Shown: positions 1-8,900 of the stretch, piece by piece
Position numbering within the stretch: position 1 is the stretch's first letter
Layout of the letters: each line of letters starts with the position of its first letter
Virus record (IMG/VR): IMGVR_UViG_3300047160_004532
Span: 3,416 to 67,415 of that record
Direction: 5' to 3' (one strand)
DNA from: a virus
Taxonomy: Duplodnaviria; Caudoviricetes
DNA: 64,000 nucleotides
The notes under the pieces: model-generated
What the model saw: the letters and a program-made list of their open reading frames with translations, nothing else
Told to the model about the DNA's origin: nothing
Database searches by the model: none
Program-made: the position numbers and the translations under genes

Positions 1-192
1 TCATCTGGCGCTTTGGGAACTGGCGGTTCTTCCATAGGTTGCGGCGGGATTGCAGTGGAAACGACCGTAGAGAGCGCCGTTTTGAGGAGTATATTTCGAA
101 ACGCGGTGTCCCCTCTCCTGGCTTCCATGGCGCCGCGTAGATATGACATCCGTCCCCGGACAGGGACATTCGGTTCGGCCATATGTCCCGTC

Positions 193-459
193 TCATTTGT
201 TGCACTCCGGGCAGCAATCCGCGCAGAAGAAACCATGCGAGGTAATCGGGCAGTGGGCATCCGAGACTGTGATGCCGCACTTCTCGCAGACTGCAGCGAG
301 GCCGAACCGGCCACAGGGTTTGAAGTTTCCCAGGGTCGTGCGGCTCGACGGGAGAGGGCCAATCGCGGCGGGTGGTCGGCGGCGTGACTGCGGACGGGGC
401 ATCATGCGGTCACCGCCTGGAGGAGTGGCATGTCGTTGGCGATGCGGCTCTGTTTTCAC
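193..459 (-). CDS. Small Cys-rich hypothetical protein
   Basis: C-terminal CEKC...HC...CADCCPEC; start uncertain. Confidence 0.35.
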   Translation of the reverse strand: MKTEPHRQRHATPPGGDRMMPRPQSRRRPPAAIGPLPSSRTTLGNFKPCGRFGLAAVCEKCGITVSDAHCPITSHGFFCADCCPECNK

Positions 460-670
460 GTGTGAACACTCTCCTGGCAGAGGGGGCGGTCCAAGCGCAC
501 GCCAGGGCCACCGGGTCCGCCCCTCGTGAAGTTCCGGGGATCAACCGGACCCTTGGACTGTAACAGACTTTCAACGTATGTTCAACACAAATGTTGTGTG
601 CTTGCCAATAAATTAGCTGGCCATCGTCTGCGGGAAGGTGATAAGTTAAGTACCTAGGGGGAGTTGACAG

Positions 671-1060
671 GTGACGGAAACGATGAGCCGGGACGAGATG
701 GAGGCGCGAAGGCTGGCGGCGGGGCACGATCTTCTGTACGGAGCGACGACCGCGCAAATTCTGGAGAAATACAGCGTAAGCCGGACGACGTTAATGCGCT
801 GGCGCCAGAAAATAAACAAGGCTCCAGGCACGACCGGTTTGCGTAAGACCGTGACAACGGGCCGTCCGCCGAGACTCAAACCGCATCAGGTCGCACAGGT
901 TCGTCAGTGGTGCTACAACATTCCCCAGTACACCTATCAGGAGATTCGGGACCAGATCGAGAAGAACTTTGGCATTTGCTACAACCGCGACTCCGTTGGT
1001 CGGATTCTGTGGCAGATGGGGCTCCAGTCGGGCCGCAGCCGGGCAAAGCGGAAGGCGTAG
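671..1060 (+). CDS. HTH/winged-helix protein resembling the IS630-family transposase N-terminus, no catalytic domain
   Basis: VSRTTLMRW...GRPPRL...YTYQEIRDQIEKNFGICY..DSVGRILWQMGL pattern; no DDE ORF follows. Confidence 0.7.
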   Translation: MTETMSRDEMEARRLAAGHDLLYGATTAQILEKYSVSRTTLMRWRQKINKAPGTTGLRKTVTTGRPPRLKPHQVAQVRQWCYNIPQYTYQEIRDQIEKNFGICYNRDSVGRILWQMGLQSGRSRAKRKA

Positions 1061-1069
1061 AATTGCAAT

Positions 1070-1432
1070 ATGCCCGCAACTTCTCCAGCCCAGCGGCGCC
1101 TATTCGCTATCGCTGAACACCACCCCGACCAACTCTACGACAAAAACAAGGGACTCGCTAACCTGCCGCAAAATACTCTGCACGACTTCGCCGCTACGAA
1201 GGAATCGTCCATGCCGAAGCGCCGGAACTACGGAGAAGAGGGAGAGACATATTCGGACGAGGGCAACTGGATCTCCGAGGCGACGTCGAAACCGGGATTC
1301 CGTAAGGGCGCGCTGACGCGGAAGGCGACGGCCGCCGGCATGTCGCCGATGAGCTTCGCGCGGAAGCATTACGGGGATAGCGGGAGGACTGGCGCGCAAA
1401 GTCGCTTTGCGATCAACGCGACTCAAAAGTGA
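1070..1432 (+). CDS. Conserved small basic phage protein
   Basis: MPATSPAQRRLFAIAEHHP and NWI...KGAL motifs; TAGAAT 6 nt upstream of ATG. Confidence 0.75.
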   Translation: MPATSPAQRRLFAIAEHHPDQLYDKNKGLANLPQNTLHDFAATKESSMPKRRNYGEEGETYSDEGNWISEATSKPGFRKGALTRKATAAGMSPMSFARKHYGDSGRTGAQSRFAINATQK

Positions 1433-1537
1433 CGTCGCCATACTGGCGAAGGGTCGCGAGCGCAGCCTCTATCCTTGCCTTTCGCAAGCGCGCTGGCGTG
1501 AGATGCCGGCGCAGGTGCTCAGCGGAGGAAATAATGG

Positions 1538-1954
1538 CTATTCGGATTCTGGTGTGGTTTTTGCTCTATCACCGTCAACTCCATCAGGATTCATTGTGTG
1601 TGGCTCGTCATCTTCCGGGTCCAAGATTCCGAGACCGCCGTTCTCGACGGCCTTGTCCATCATGGAATCCAAGAATCGGGTCAGCGGCGTGCTGCCGTCC
1701 TCTCCCTCATCATTGATTTCATGGCAGATATCTTCAGCAAATTGGAGAGGATCGGCTATCTGGAACTCCCGCTTGAACTCCCCTGAAGCCTCGTCATACG
1801 GGTTGTTTCCTTCGCCATTCTCAAAGGCAAAGGCAATCGTGCGGATACCGATGGAGATGACTAGATTGCCGTCCTGAACGACGGCCCGTAACGGCATACC
1901 CTCCCGACCGTCACCAGAAGCCACACTAGAATCCGATTTTGGATGCAATGTCAT
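1538..1954 (-). CDS. Hypothetical acidic phage protein
   Basis: GGAG RBS upstream of ATG 1954; LVISIGIRTIAFA...DGSTPLTRFLD. Confidence 0.7.
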   Translation of the reverse strand: MTLHPKSDSSVASGDGREGMPLRAVVQDGNLVISIGIRTIAFAFENGEGNNPYDEASGEFKREFQIADPLQFAEDICHEINDEGEDGSTPLTRFLDSMMDKAVENGGLGILDPEDDEPHTMNPDGVDGDRAKTTPESE

Positions 1955-1972
1955 TTCAACGTTTCTCCACAC

Positions 1973-2536
1973 TCAAATCCGAATAGCCGAAATAATCTCC
2001 AAGTTTTCAATTCTGTTGTCCGCCCGATCACCGTTGATGTGATGAACGTGCTCCTTGGGGTCCAACTTCCTCCCAATGTGCTGCTGTATGATCCACCGGT
2101 GTTCCGATATCCTGCCACTCCCGTCCGGCGCATTTATGCATCGGTATCCGCCATGCATCGTGATATTTCCTCGACGCGGCGTCGCCTTTCCCTTACGGTC
2201 GGACCAAGCGCATTGCTGAGAACAGTATTTCCCGGACAGTCCTTTGTGAATATACGTCGAGAACTCGCGTTGACAATGTGCACAAACGCAGGCTTTTTTG
2301 CCGCCGCTCGGAAGAAACTTGCCTACCCGAGCGTGACCTATGCAGGCGGTAGAGCAGAACCGCGGAGATCGGTTTCGTCCGTACTGGCAGACGGATTTAC
2401 CGCACCATTCACAGGGCACATACCGAGGAGTCTTCTTCTCCATCTTGCATCGACATTGAACACAGCAAAAACGAGCGTTCGGACGACAGCTCGAAAATCT
2501 TCGCTTGCAATTTTCGCATTCGAACCGATGTCTCAT
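1973..2536 (-). CDS. HNH homing endonuclease with zinc-finger repeats
   Basis: Three CxxC..F...FCSxxC units then GY...EHR...GRKL...EHVHHINGDRADNRIENL. Confidence 0.9.
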   Translation of the reverse strand: MRHRFECENCKRRFSSCRPNARFCCVQCRCKMEKKTPRYVPCEWCGKSVCQYGRNRSPRFCSTACIGHARVGKFLPSGGKKACVCAHCQREFSTYIHKGLSGKYCSQQCAWSDRKGKATPRRGNITMHGGYRCINAPDGSGRISEHRWIIQQHIGRKLDPKEHVHHINGDRADNRIENLEIISAIRI

Positions 2537-2600
2537 AGTGCATTTGCAATTATGTCAGAACTGCGGTAGTTGTCAATGGTGATATGATCGGAACCGTCGC

Positions 2601-4715
2601 ATGAGTAAGAAGCCCCTTGACGTCCCTCCTCACCTCGATCCTCGCCTCAAAGGCAAGCTCCACGCCTTCCCAATCCCGCCATGGTTGGGCAGCGCCAAAG
2701 CGAAGCTCTACGGCGTCCCTCAGATCACGGACCCGATGTATGTCCAGCGGTTCGAGAAATCGGACAGCACACTCCATTTTGAGAGCAACCCGGGCCCACA
2801 GACACACGCGCTATTTGCCCCATTCGAGGAGCTGGTCGTTGGAGGCCGCCGCGGCGGTGGGAAGTCAGTTTGGCTCCTCGCCAAGCCGTGTATGACGGAC
2901 TTCACGCTGGGGCACGACGACCCAGCCCGAGGATCGTATTTGAACGACAGGGCGTTTCGAGGACTCTTCCTGCGGCAGGAGTACCAGAGCTTGGCGGAAT
3001 TCATTGAAGAGGCGATTGAATTCTACAAGCCATTCGGCGGGAAGGACGTCGGCGATCCGGTTCAGATTGACTTTCCGTCTGGCGCGAGAATCTATTTCAA
3101 CCACCTTCAAGATGAAAAGGCTTACACCAAGTACAAGGGATGGAACCTAACGTTCATCGGCATTGAAGAGTTGACGACGATCCCCAGCCTCCAGCAGTAC
3201 CGAAAGCTGCTCGGATCGCTCCGCGCCACGCCACGGGTTCGGGAGGTTGCCGGACCGAACGGGACCAAGGTACAGAAGACCTTTCCGCCGCTTCGCACCC
3301 AGATGGCGGCAACGACGAATCCCGACGGACCAGGCGCGCCGTGGGTAATGGACCGCTTCGTCTACGTGCCGGACGAAAAAGGTAAAGACATCCCATGGGG
3401 GACTCCGATGTACGACGGGATCACCGGAAGCTGGAGATGCTTCATCCCCTTCCCGATCGAGGGGAATCCCTACCTTGCCGACAGTACGACGGCAGGCCGG
3501 CGCTACATGGGAATGCTGCGGTCCCAGGACGAGGTCACCCAGCGGCAGTGGATTCACGGCGACTGGCGAGCTGGATCGAGCGTGTTTTTCACCGAGTACC
3601 GACCTGACGGGCCAAACCCGGAGGAGATAGTGGACTTTCCGTGGGCGAACCACAGGACAGACCCGGTGCTCCTGCGGCCGTGGTGGTATCGCTTCGGCTC
3701 TGGCGACTGGGCGTACGACCACCCTGCGGCGTTCCATAAGTTCTGCCGCAACGAGCAAGACAAGCGGTTGCACATTTACGACGAGATGCAGGTTCGTCGC
3801 GTGGCGCCGTTCGAGCTGGGCGCACTCCTCGCCAAGTGGTGGTTGCCTGAATTGTCGGGACTCCACAAGCACTCCAAGGACGCCGCAGTGGTCCTCCATA
3901 TCGGATCGGACATGTTCCGTAAGACCTCGGACGAGCGGACCATCGCCGAGCAGATGGCAGCCGGCATTCGGGAAGTTCTGGGCTCTTACGGGGCGGTCTT
4001 GATGAAGATGGACGACGTGGAACGCGAGATCAACGCGCGCGATCCGCGCCGTGCGCGTGACGTCTTCCAGCGCCGCATGAAGGAAGCCGAAGGCAAGATG
4101 CGGCTCGTTCTGAAGCCCTGTTGGCCGGATCGCGTTTCGGCGTGGCAGTTTATTCGGGACATGTTGCGGTGGCGTCCGGCGATGCTACAGTTCCACACGA
4201 ACGAGGAACGGGGGAAGTACCTACGGCAGGTTCTGGCCGAGGAGGGCCGCGAGTCGTACGAGTTGCAGGCGGCAAACCTCCAGAAGGCCAAGCCCGAGAT
4301 CTTGCCGAAACTGCAAATCTGGCGGTGCTGCGCGGAACTTGACCGCTGTCTCCGGACCGCCAGGCGCGTGCCGTCGCCAAATGATCCGTCAAAAGTGGAT
4401 AGGTCGGACGATGTCCTGAAATTTAACGCCGATTCGGAAGGAAAAGGCGGCGACGATAGTTTAGAAAGTTTTAGAAATGGATGCTTCGCCTACAAAGAGA
4501 TACAGACTTCTATGCCGCTGGACGTCTACGTCTCGGAGCGGATCGAGGAAATCCAGGAAGAGTACGAGAAGAACTACGGCGAGCGGCTAACGGACCCGGC
4601 AAGGCTCGCAATGATTGCACAAACCCAGGTTGCCAACTTCGCCAAGCAGCAGGGCCCAAAAGCGGCATCGTTCAGCCTGCCGAGCAAGTGGAATATTCGA
4701 CATCGGCCACAATAG
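2601..4715 (+). CDS. terL: Terminase large subunit
   Basis: NPGPQ adenine motif, Walker A GGRRGGGKS, Walker B FIGIEEL, ATTNPDGPG, nuclease GDWAYDHP and DDSLESFRNG. Confidence 0.95.
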   Translation: MSKKPLDVPPHLDPRLKGKLHAFPIPPWLGSAKAKLYGVPQITDPMYVQRFEKSDSTLHFESNPGPQTHALFAPFEELVVGGRRGGGKSVWLLAKPCMTDFTLGHDDPARGSYLNDRAFRGLFLRQEYQSLAEFIEEAIEFYKPFGGKDVGDPVQIDFPSGARIYFNHLQDEKAYTKYKGWNLTFIGIEELTTIPSLQQYRKLLGSLRATPRVREVAGPNGTKVQKTFPPLRTQMAATTNPDGPGAPWVMDRFVYVPDEKGKDIPWGTPMYDGITGSWRCFIPFPIEGNPYLADSTTAGRRYMGMLRSQDEVTQRQWIHGDWRAGSSVFFTEYRPDGPNPEEIVDFPWANHRTDPVLLRPWWYRFGSGDWAYDHPAAFHKFCRNEQDKRLHIYDEMQVRRVAPFELGALLAKWWLPELSGLHKHSKDAAVVLHIGSDMFRKTSDERTIAEQMAAGIREVLGSYGAVLMKMDDVEREINARDPRRARDVFQRRMKEAEGKMRLVLKPCWPDRVSAWQFIRDMLRWRPAMLQFHTNEERGKYLRQVLAEEGRESYELQAANLQKAKPEILPKLQIWRCCAELDRCLRTARRVPSPNDPSKVDRSDDVLKFNADSEGKGGDDSLESFRNGCFAYKEIQTSMPLDVYVSERIEEIQEEYEKNYGERLTDPARLAMIAQTQVANFAKQQGPKAASFSLPSKWNIRHRPQ

Positions 4716-4860
4716 TTTCTCCCGTGGCGGATCGGATATCTCGCAATTCCCTATCTAATCGCTCGACTGTTAGGGCGAGTTCTCGGAATGCGCGCTCCAG
4801 GTCGGCAATCCTGGAGCGATCGGACAGTTCACTGCCCGAAGCTCCGACAGGGACCATCAT
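4672..4860 (-). CDS. Small coiled-coil hypothetical protein
   Basis: RIADLERAFRELALTVERLDRELRDI heptads; divergent from 4964. Confidence 0.45.
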   Translation of the reverse strand: MMVPVGASGSELSDRSRIADLERAFRELALTVERLDRELRDIRSATGETIVADVEYSTCSAG

Positions 4861-4963
4861 ATCCGTTCCGTTGATGGCAGTTTATCACCATAAAGTCCCT
4901 TTATTTTGTTCTGTTTTCGGAACAAATTTACGGACCCTGCCTCCCGCGTGATATCGTAATCGC

Positions 4964-5395
4964 ATGTTCAAGCCGCCGATGAAACAGCCGGTCACGATGA
5001 CAAAAACGAAGAGATCACTGACCCTCGGAGCCCCGACTCCCCTCGGCGCGCCGAAGCCCCCGATGGGCGGGGGGCGGATGCCGTTCATGCAGGACGGCGG
5101 ACCGGGAGGCGGCGCGGAACCGGACGGCGCTGAACCCGCCACCGGCGGCGGCGCAGTACTCTCGGCGGATACGATTGGCTACCATCCCGAGCCCCACAAT
5201 TGCGGCAATTGCAAGCACAACCTCGGCGGAACGTGCGAGGTCATGGCGGGCCCGGTGACGGCGGACGGTGGCTGCGACGTCTGGGAGGGTGGCGAGCAAG
5301 AGGAAGAGGAGCCCGAGCAGCCCGATATGGAAGCCGCGCCGGGCGGAACTCCCGAGAGCGGCGGCAGGGGCATGTATGGGAATTTCGCTTCCTGA
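4964..5395 (+). CDS. Low-complexity protein with HiPIP-like four-Cys domain
   Basis: GYHPEPHNCGNCKHNLGGTCEVMAGPVTADGGCDVW; TGaTATCGT extended -10 6 nt before ATG. Confidence 0.7.
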   Translation: MFKPPMKQPVTMTKTKRSLTLGAPTPLGAPKPPMGGGRMPFMQDGGPGGGAEPDGAEPATGGGAVLSADTIGYHPEPHNCGNCKHNLGGTCEVMAGPVTADGGCDVWEGGEQEEEEPEQPDMEAAPGGTPESGGRGMYGNFAS

Positions 5396-5489
5396 TCTCG
5401 ATACGCAGATCAAGATCGCCGTTGGCCTTCTGGTTGTGGTGATCGTCTGGCTGGCGTGGCGCTTCAGGAATGACGGGGGCTACGAGTAG
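5376..5489 (+). CDS. 37-aa single-pass membrane protein
   Basis: IAVGLLVVVIVWLAW followed by RFR. Confidence 0.5.
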   Translation: MGISLPDLDTQIKIAVGLLVVVIVWLAWRFRNDGGYE

Positions 5490-5642
5490 TTAGGCGCCCG
5501 AGTTCTGCGCAGCGTCCTCGTAAGCCTTCAGTCCCCGAATGATCCGGTTCAGGCATTGGATGCGCGTCTCGTTGCCGGCAATCTCCGCGTCCAGCAGCTT
5601 TGCCAAATCGTAATACTCATCAAGATTGAATTCGCCGTTCAT
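5490..5642 (-). CDS. 50-aa hypothetical protein (not in ORF track)
   Basis: MNGEFNLDEYYDLAKLLDAEIAGNETRIQCLNRIIRGLKAYEDAAQNSGA; fills the gap; TATCAT 6 nt upstream. Confidence 0.55.
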   Translation of the reverse strand: MNGEFNLDEYYDLAKLLDAEIAGNETRIQCLNRIIRGLKAYEDAAQNSGA

Positions 5643-5658
5643 GGCACAATGATAGCCG

Positions 5659-6087
5659 ATGAAGCGCTTCCTGCGGCTGTTTCGCGACTTCCGGGACGCC
5701 GAACGCTCCTCTTTGGACCTGTCGGCCGTCCGCGGCGAAGTCTCCCTGTTACGTCAGGCCGTCCTCGACCTCGAAAAGCAACGCGACGTCCTCCAGGACC
5801 GGGCAGCCCACACCGAGGCCGAGAACCAGCATTTGTGGGCGGAACTATCCCGCGCTCTGGAGGGCGAGCGGAAGGCCCTCCAGATGGGCTACAACGAGCA
5901 TTGGAAGATTCGCTACGGTACGACGCCGTACCCCGAAGCACCGTTCCCGCCAGACCGCGCCGCGCCAGACACCGAGGCCGCGAAGGAGGGATTCGGACGG
6001 ATCAACATGTTGCCGAGCCAAGCCGCGCAGGCTCAAGCTATCAGGAATATTCGTACGTTCGTGGACAGTCAACGCCAAAAAGCGTGA
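5659..6087 (+). CDS. Coiled-coil protein upstream of portal
   Basis: Heptad-rich ORF directly before portal. Confidence 0.7.
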   Translation: MKRFLRLFRDFRDAERSSLDLSAVRGEVSLLRQAVLDLEKQRDVLQDRAAHTEAENQHLWAELSRALEGERKALQMGYNEHWKIRYGTTPYPEAPFPPDRAAPDTEAAKEGFGRINMLPSQAAQAQAIRNIRTFVDSQRQKA

Positions 6088-6102
6088 TAACCTGCCCTCA
6101 GT

Positions 6103-8472
6103 ATGGAAATCGTCGGACCAGCGCCTGAAGCATTGACAAATCAGGAGATAATCAAGCGGTTCAAGTCCGAAATCGACACGCTGATTCGGTCCGCCATCGA
6201 CACGCAATACGACCTTGCCAGAATTGTTTTGCTTAATCAGGCCAGGATGAACATCGAGTTCGTCAAGGGTCGCCATTTTCTTGTGCCCGGGTCCGTCGAC
6301 TCTCCATTTGGCTCCTACCTGGACTGGCAGGCGTTCGATCCGTTCAGCGGGGCGGGCGCTTCGCAACAGGGAGGGCCGCAGATCTCCGTGGCGCCGCCGG
6401 TGGGAATCATCGCCGGACTGTGCTTCCGGTACACCGCGGTCATGGGCGCCAACGCGCCGAAGGTCAAGGGCGTAGCTGACGACATCCACGACCAAGATAG
6501 CGTCCATGCGGCAAACTGCGCCGACGTAAGTATTCGCGACACCTGGATAAAGCAACACATCGACCAGCTCTGGCGAATCGTGGCGTACCACCAATTCGTC
6601 ACCGGGCCAGCGTTCCTACGGACCTGCTGGAACACCGACGGCACGAAGTACGGCACGAGTACTGAGCCCAAGATCGAGATCGTTCCCGGTCCCGATGGCG
6701 TCCCGATGCCGCAGCAGACAGGCACGACCGAATACGAGAACGGCGATGCCGAAGTCCGGGTTCACTCGATCCTGGAAGTCTCGATCCCGTACGAGGCGAA
6801 GAAGCTCCCATGTGAATGGCTGCGCTGCGAGGCGATGACGTCGAAATGGTGGCTCCTAAAGCACTACTGCGGGCAGGATGGAGAGCCAGGACCGCTGGAT
6901 CAGTTCCGTGACGGAGATCCGCCAGACGACGACTTGAACGCTGCTTCGACCACGGCAGCAGAGGCGCGCGAGGCCGCCACGTCGCCAACCGGGATGGGAC
7001 GCGTTCAGCGTCCGAACTATTGGCGTCACCACGAATACTGGATCGAGCCGTTCTATTTTGAGGCATTACAAAGCCAGGAAGCACGCGATGTCTTCTACGC
7101 GCATTATCCGAACGGCATCCGAATTTCGAAGGTGGGCAGCATTACGTGCCGCCTCGAAAACCAGTGCGTGACCGAGGAGTGGGGAGTTTGCCGGGTCAAT
7201 CGCGTCGAAAACATCATGGAGCGACCGCTCCAGTCGGACGTCATGCCCCTTCAACGCAGCGTCGACGATCTGTTCGGTATGTCGATTGAGACGGTTCTAC
7301 GGGCAATCACGCGGACCATTGTTGACTCAAACCTCATTGATCGGGAGGCCATCAACACCAATGAGGCGGTTCCGGGCGAGTTCATCCAAACGGCGTTGCC
7401 GGTAGACGGGGATATCCAGAAACGGGTTTTCCAGATCCCGCCGGCCAGGCTGTCTGACCAAGTGATTCCGCTCTTCGAAAAAGCCAAGGAGTTAATGGAG
7501 GAGATCACCGGCGTCAACCCGCGCATTTCTGGCGGCGGACAGCCGACGAACACCTACCGCGAGGCGAAGATGCTACGCGATGCCGCGCTCGCGCAGCTCG
7601 CCCCCCAGGCTCAGGCGATGCGGGACGCCGCGGAAGCAGTTGCCGAGAACACCGTACGGCTCCGGTCAAAGTTCGGCACCGGGACCGTTAAGGCGCAACG
7701 CAAGAGCGCCTACGGCATCCAGACCGACATCATCGACATGGCAAGCCTCTCGGAAGAGAATTGGCACGCCGAGAGCGACGACAACTTTCCGATGTCGCTG
7801 GCCGACAAGCGGGATGCGGCGTACTCGATGATGAAGGAGTTCCCCCCGGAGGTACAGGCCGCCCTTGGGATCTTCGATCCGACCAACATCGAAGAGACTG
7901 TTGAACTGCTCCAGGTTCCTGGCTTCAACAGCGCCATGAAGACTCAGTTCGAAAAGACCCTCCGGGACATCGAACTGCTGCTCAACGATCATCCGATCGC
8001 TGGGCCGATCCAACCGGACGGCAAGCCCGATGAACTGGATCCTTCGATACCCATCGACTCGTACGACGATCACAAACTCGTTGCACTATTCATGGGTAAG
8101 TGGCTAGTGGGCAACCAGAAAGTTAAACACCAGAACCCGATGGGGTTCGCCAACGTGATCGCCCGGTTCATCAAGGAACAGGAAGCCGCGTTCCCGCCGC
8201 CGCCGCCTCCGCCGCCTGCCCTCAAGGGATCGCTCGGTATCCAGATGAAGGCCGAGGACTACCCGAATCTGACTGACGAGATCCTCAAAGGTGCGGGATT
8301 GCCAGGCTCTCCCCCGCAGCCGCAAGCCCCCGCGCCGTCCCCTGCGCCGTCCCCTGCGCCAAGCGGGATGCCGGCGCCTGCTCCAGTGGGTGGTCCGGCG
8401 ATGTCGAGTCCGATCGCGCCGCTGCCTGGACTATCGGCGCCGCAGGGACCAAACGGAATCCCGGTGCAATAG
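6103..8472 (+). CDS. Portal protein
   Basis: 789 aa between TerL and scaffold; MEEITGVNPRISGG...TYREAKML clip motif; Pro-rich tail. Confidence 0.88.
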   Translation: MEIVGPAPEALTNQEIIKRFKSEIDTLIRSAIDTQYDLARIVLLNQARMNIEFVKGRHFLVPGSVDSPFGSYLDWQAFDPFSGAGASQQGGPQISVAPPVGIIAGLCFRYTAVMGANAPKVKGVADDIHDQDSVHAANCADVSIRDTWIKQHIDQLWRIVAYHQFVTGPAFLRTCWNTDGTKYGTSTEPKIEIVPGPDGVPMPQQTGTTEYENGDAEVRVHSILEVSIPYEAKKLPCEWLRCEAMTSKWWLLKHYCGQDGEPGPLDQFRDGDPPDDDLNAASTTAAEAREAATSPTGMGRVQRPNYWRHHEYWIEPFYFEALQSQEARDVFYAHYPNGIRISKVGSITCRLENQCVTEEWGVCRVNRVENIMERPLQSDVMPLQRSVDDLFGMSIETVLRAITRTIVDSNLIDREAINTNEAVPGEFIQTALPVDGDIQKRVFQIPPARLSDQVIPLFEKAKELMEEITGVNPRISGGGQPTNTYREAKMLRDAALAQLAPQAQAMRDAAEAVAENTVRLRSKFGTGTVKAQRKSAYGIQTDIIDMASLSEENWHAESDDNFPMSLADKRDAAYSMMKEFPPEVQAALGIFDPTNIEETVELLQVPGFNSAMKTQFEKTLRDIELLLNDHPIAGPIQPDGKPDELDPSIPIDSYDDHKLVALFMGKWLVGNQKVKHQNPMGFANVIARFIKEQEAAFPPPPPPPPALKGSLGIQMKAEDYPNLTDEILKGAGLPGSPPQPQAPAPSPAPSPAPSGMPAPAPVGGPAMSSPIAPLPGLSAPQGPNGIPVQ

Positions 8473-8900
8473 TGGAGCCAGACGTGCCCCTGCTTCAGCA
8501 TGGTGATTTACTTGAGTTTGTTGATTTCCCTGATAGGACTACTGATAACATTTGCCTATCCCGCCTGCTGGCCCCGCCGCATAATGTGTTGTACGATAAT
8601 GTCGAAATGCTGGTCAAGGCGAGAGCGAGCCTGCTGAAGGACAAACTGAAGCCGTTCAACAAGAAACAGCGCGACGTGTTGAAGTTCATCGTGAGCCACC
8701 ACCGCGCCGATAGGGCGACCCTTGTTAAGACATTCGAGTCCAAAGAAGAACTACCCTTCGACGCCGCAGTGAAGCTCGTCGATAGCGTAGTGAATCCTAG
8801 CGTTGAACTGGGCCTCATCGAGAACATTGACGGCCAGTACACGTTCACGCCGCGGCCCGCATGGGTCGAATACCTCGAAAGTGAGCTTTTGAATGGGTGA
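8472..8900 (+). CDS. Winged-helix-like moron protein
   Basis: FNKKQRDVLKFIVSH...LGLIENIDGQYTFT; more AT-rich; overlaps both neighbours. Confidence 0.55.
   Translation: MEPDVPLLQHGDLLEFVDFPDRTTDNICLSRLLAPPHNVLYDNVEMLVKARASLLKDKLKPFNKKQRDVLKFIVSHHRADRATLVKTFESKEELPFDAAVKLVDSVVNPSVELGLIENIDGQYTFTPRPAWVEYLESELLNG

Noticed and set aside
1-182. Minus-strand ORF running off the left edge (MAEPNVPVRG...)
   Set aside because: Truncated by the window and no motif; cannot be supported
671-1060. Active IS630 element
   Set aside because: No DDE domain or terminal inverted repeats found
3850-4320. Intein in the long TerL nuclease region
   Set aside because: No intein N-terminal block, His-Asn end or LAGLIDADG motif seen
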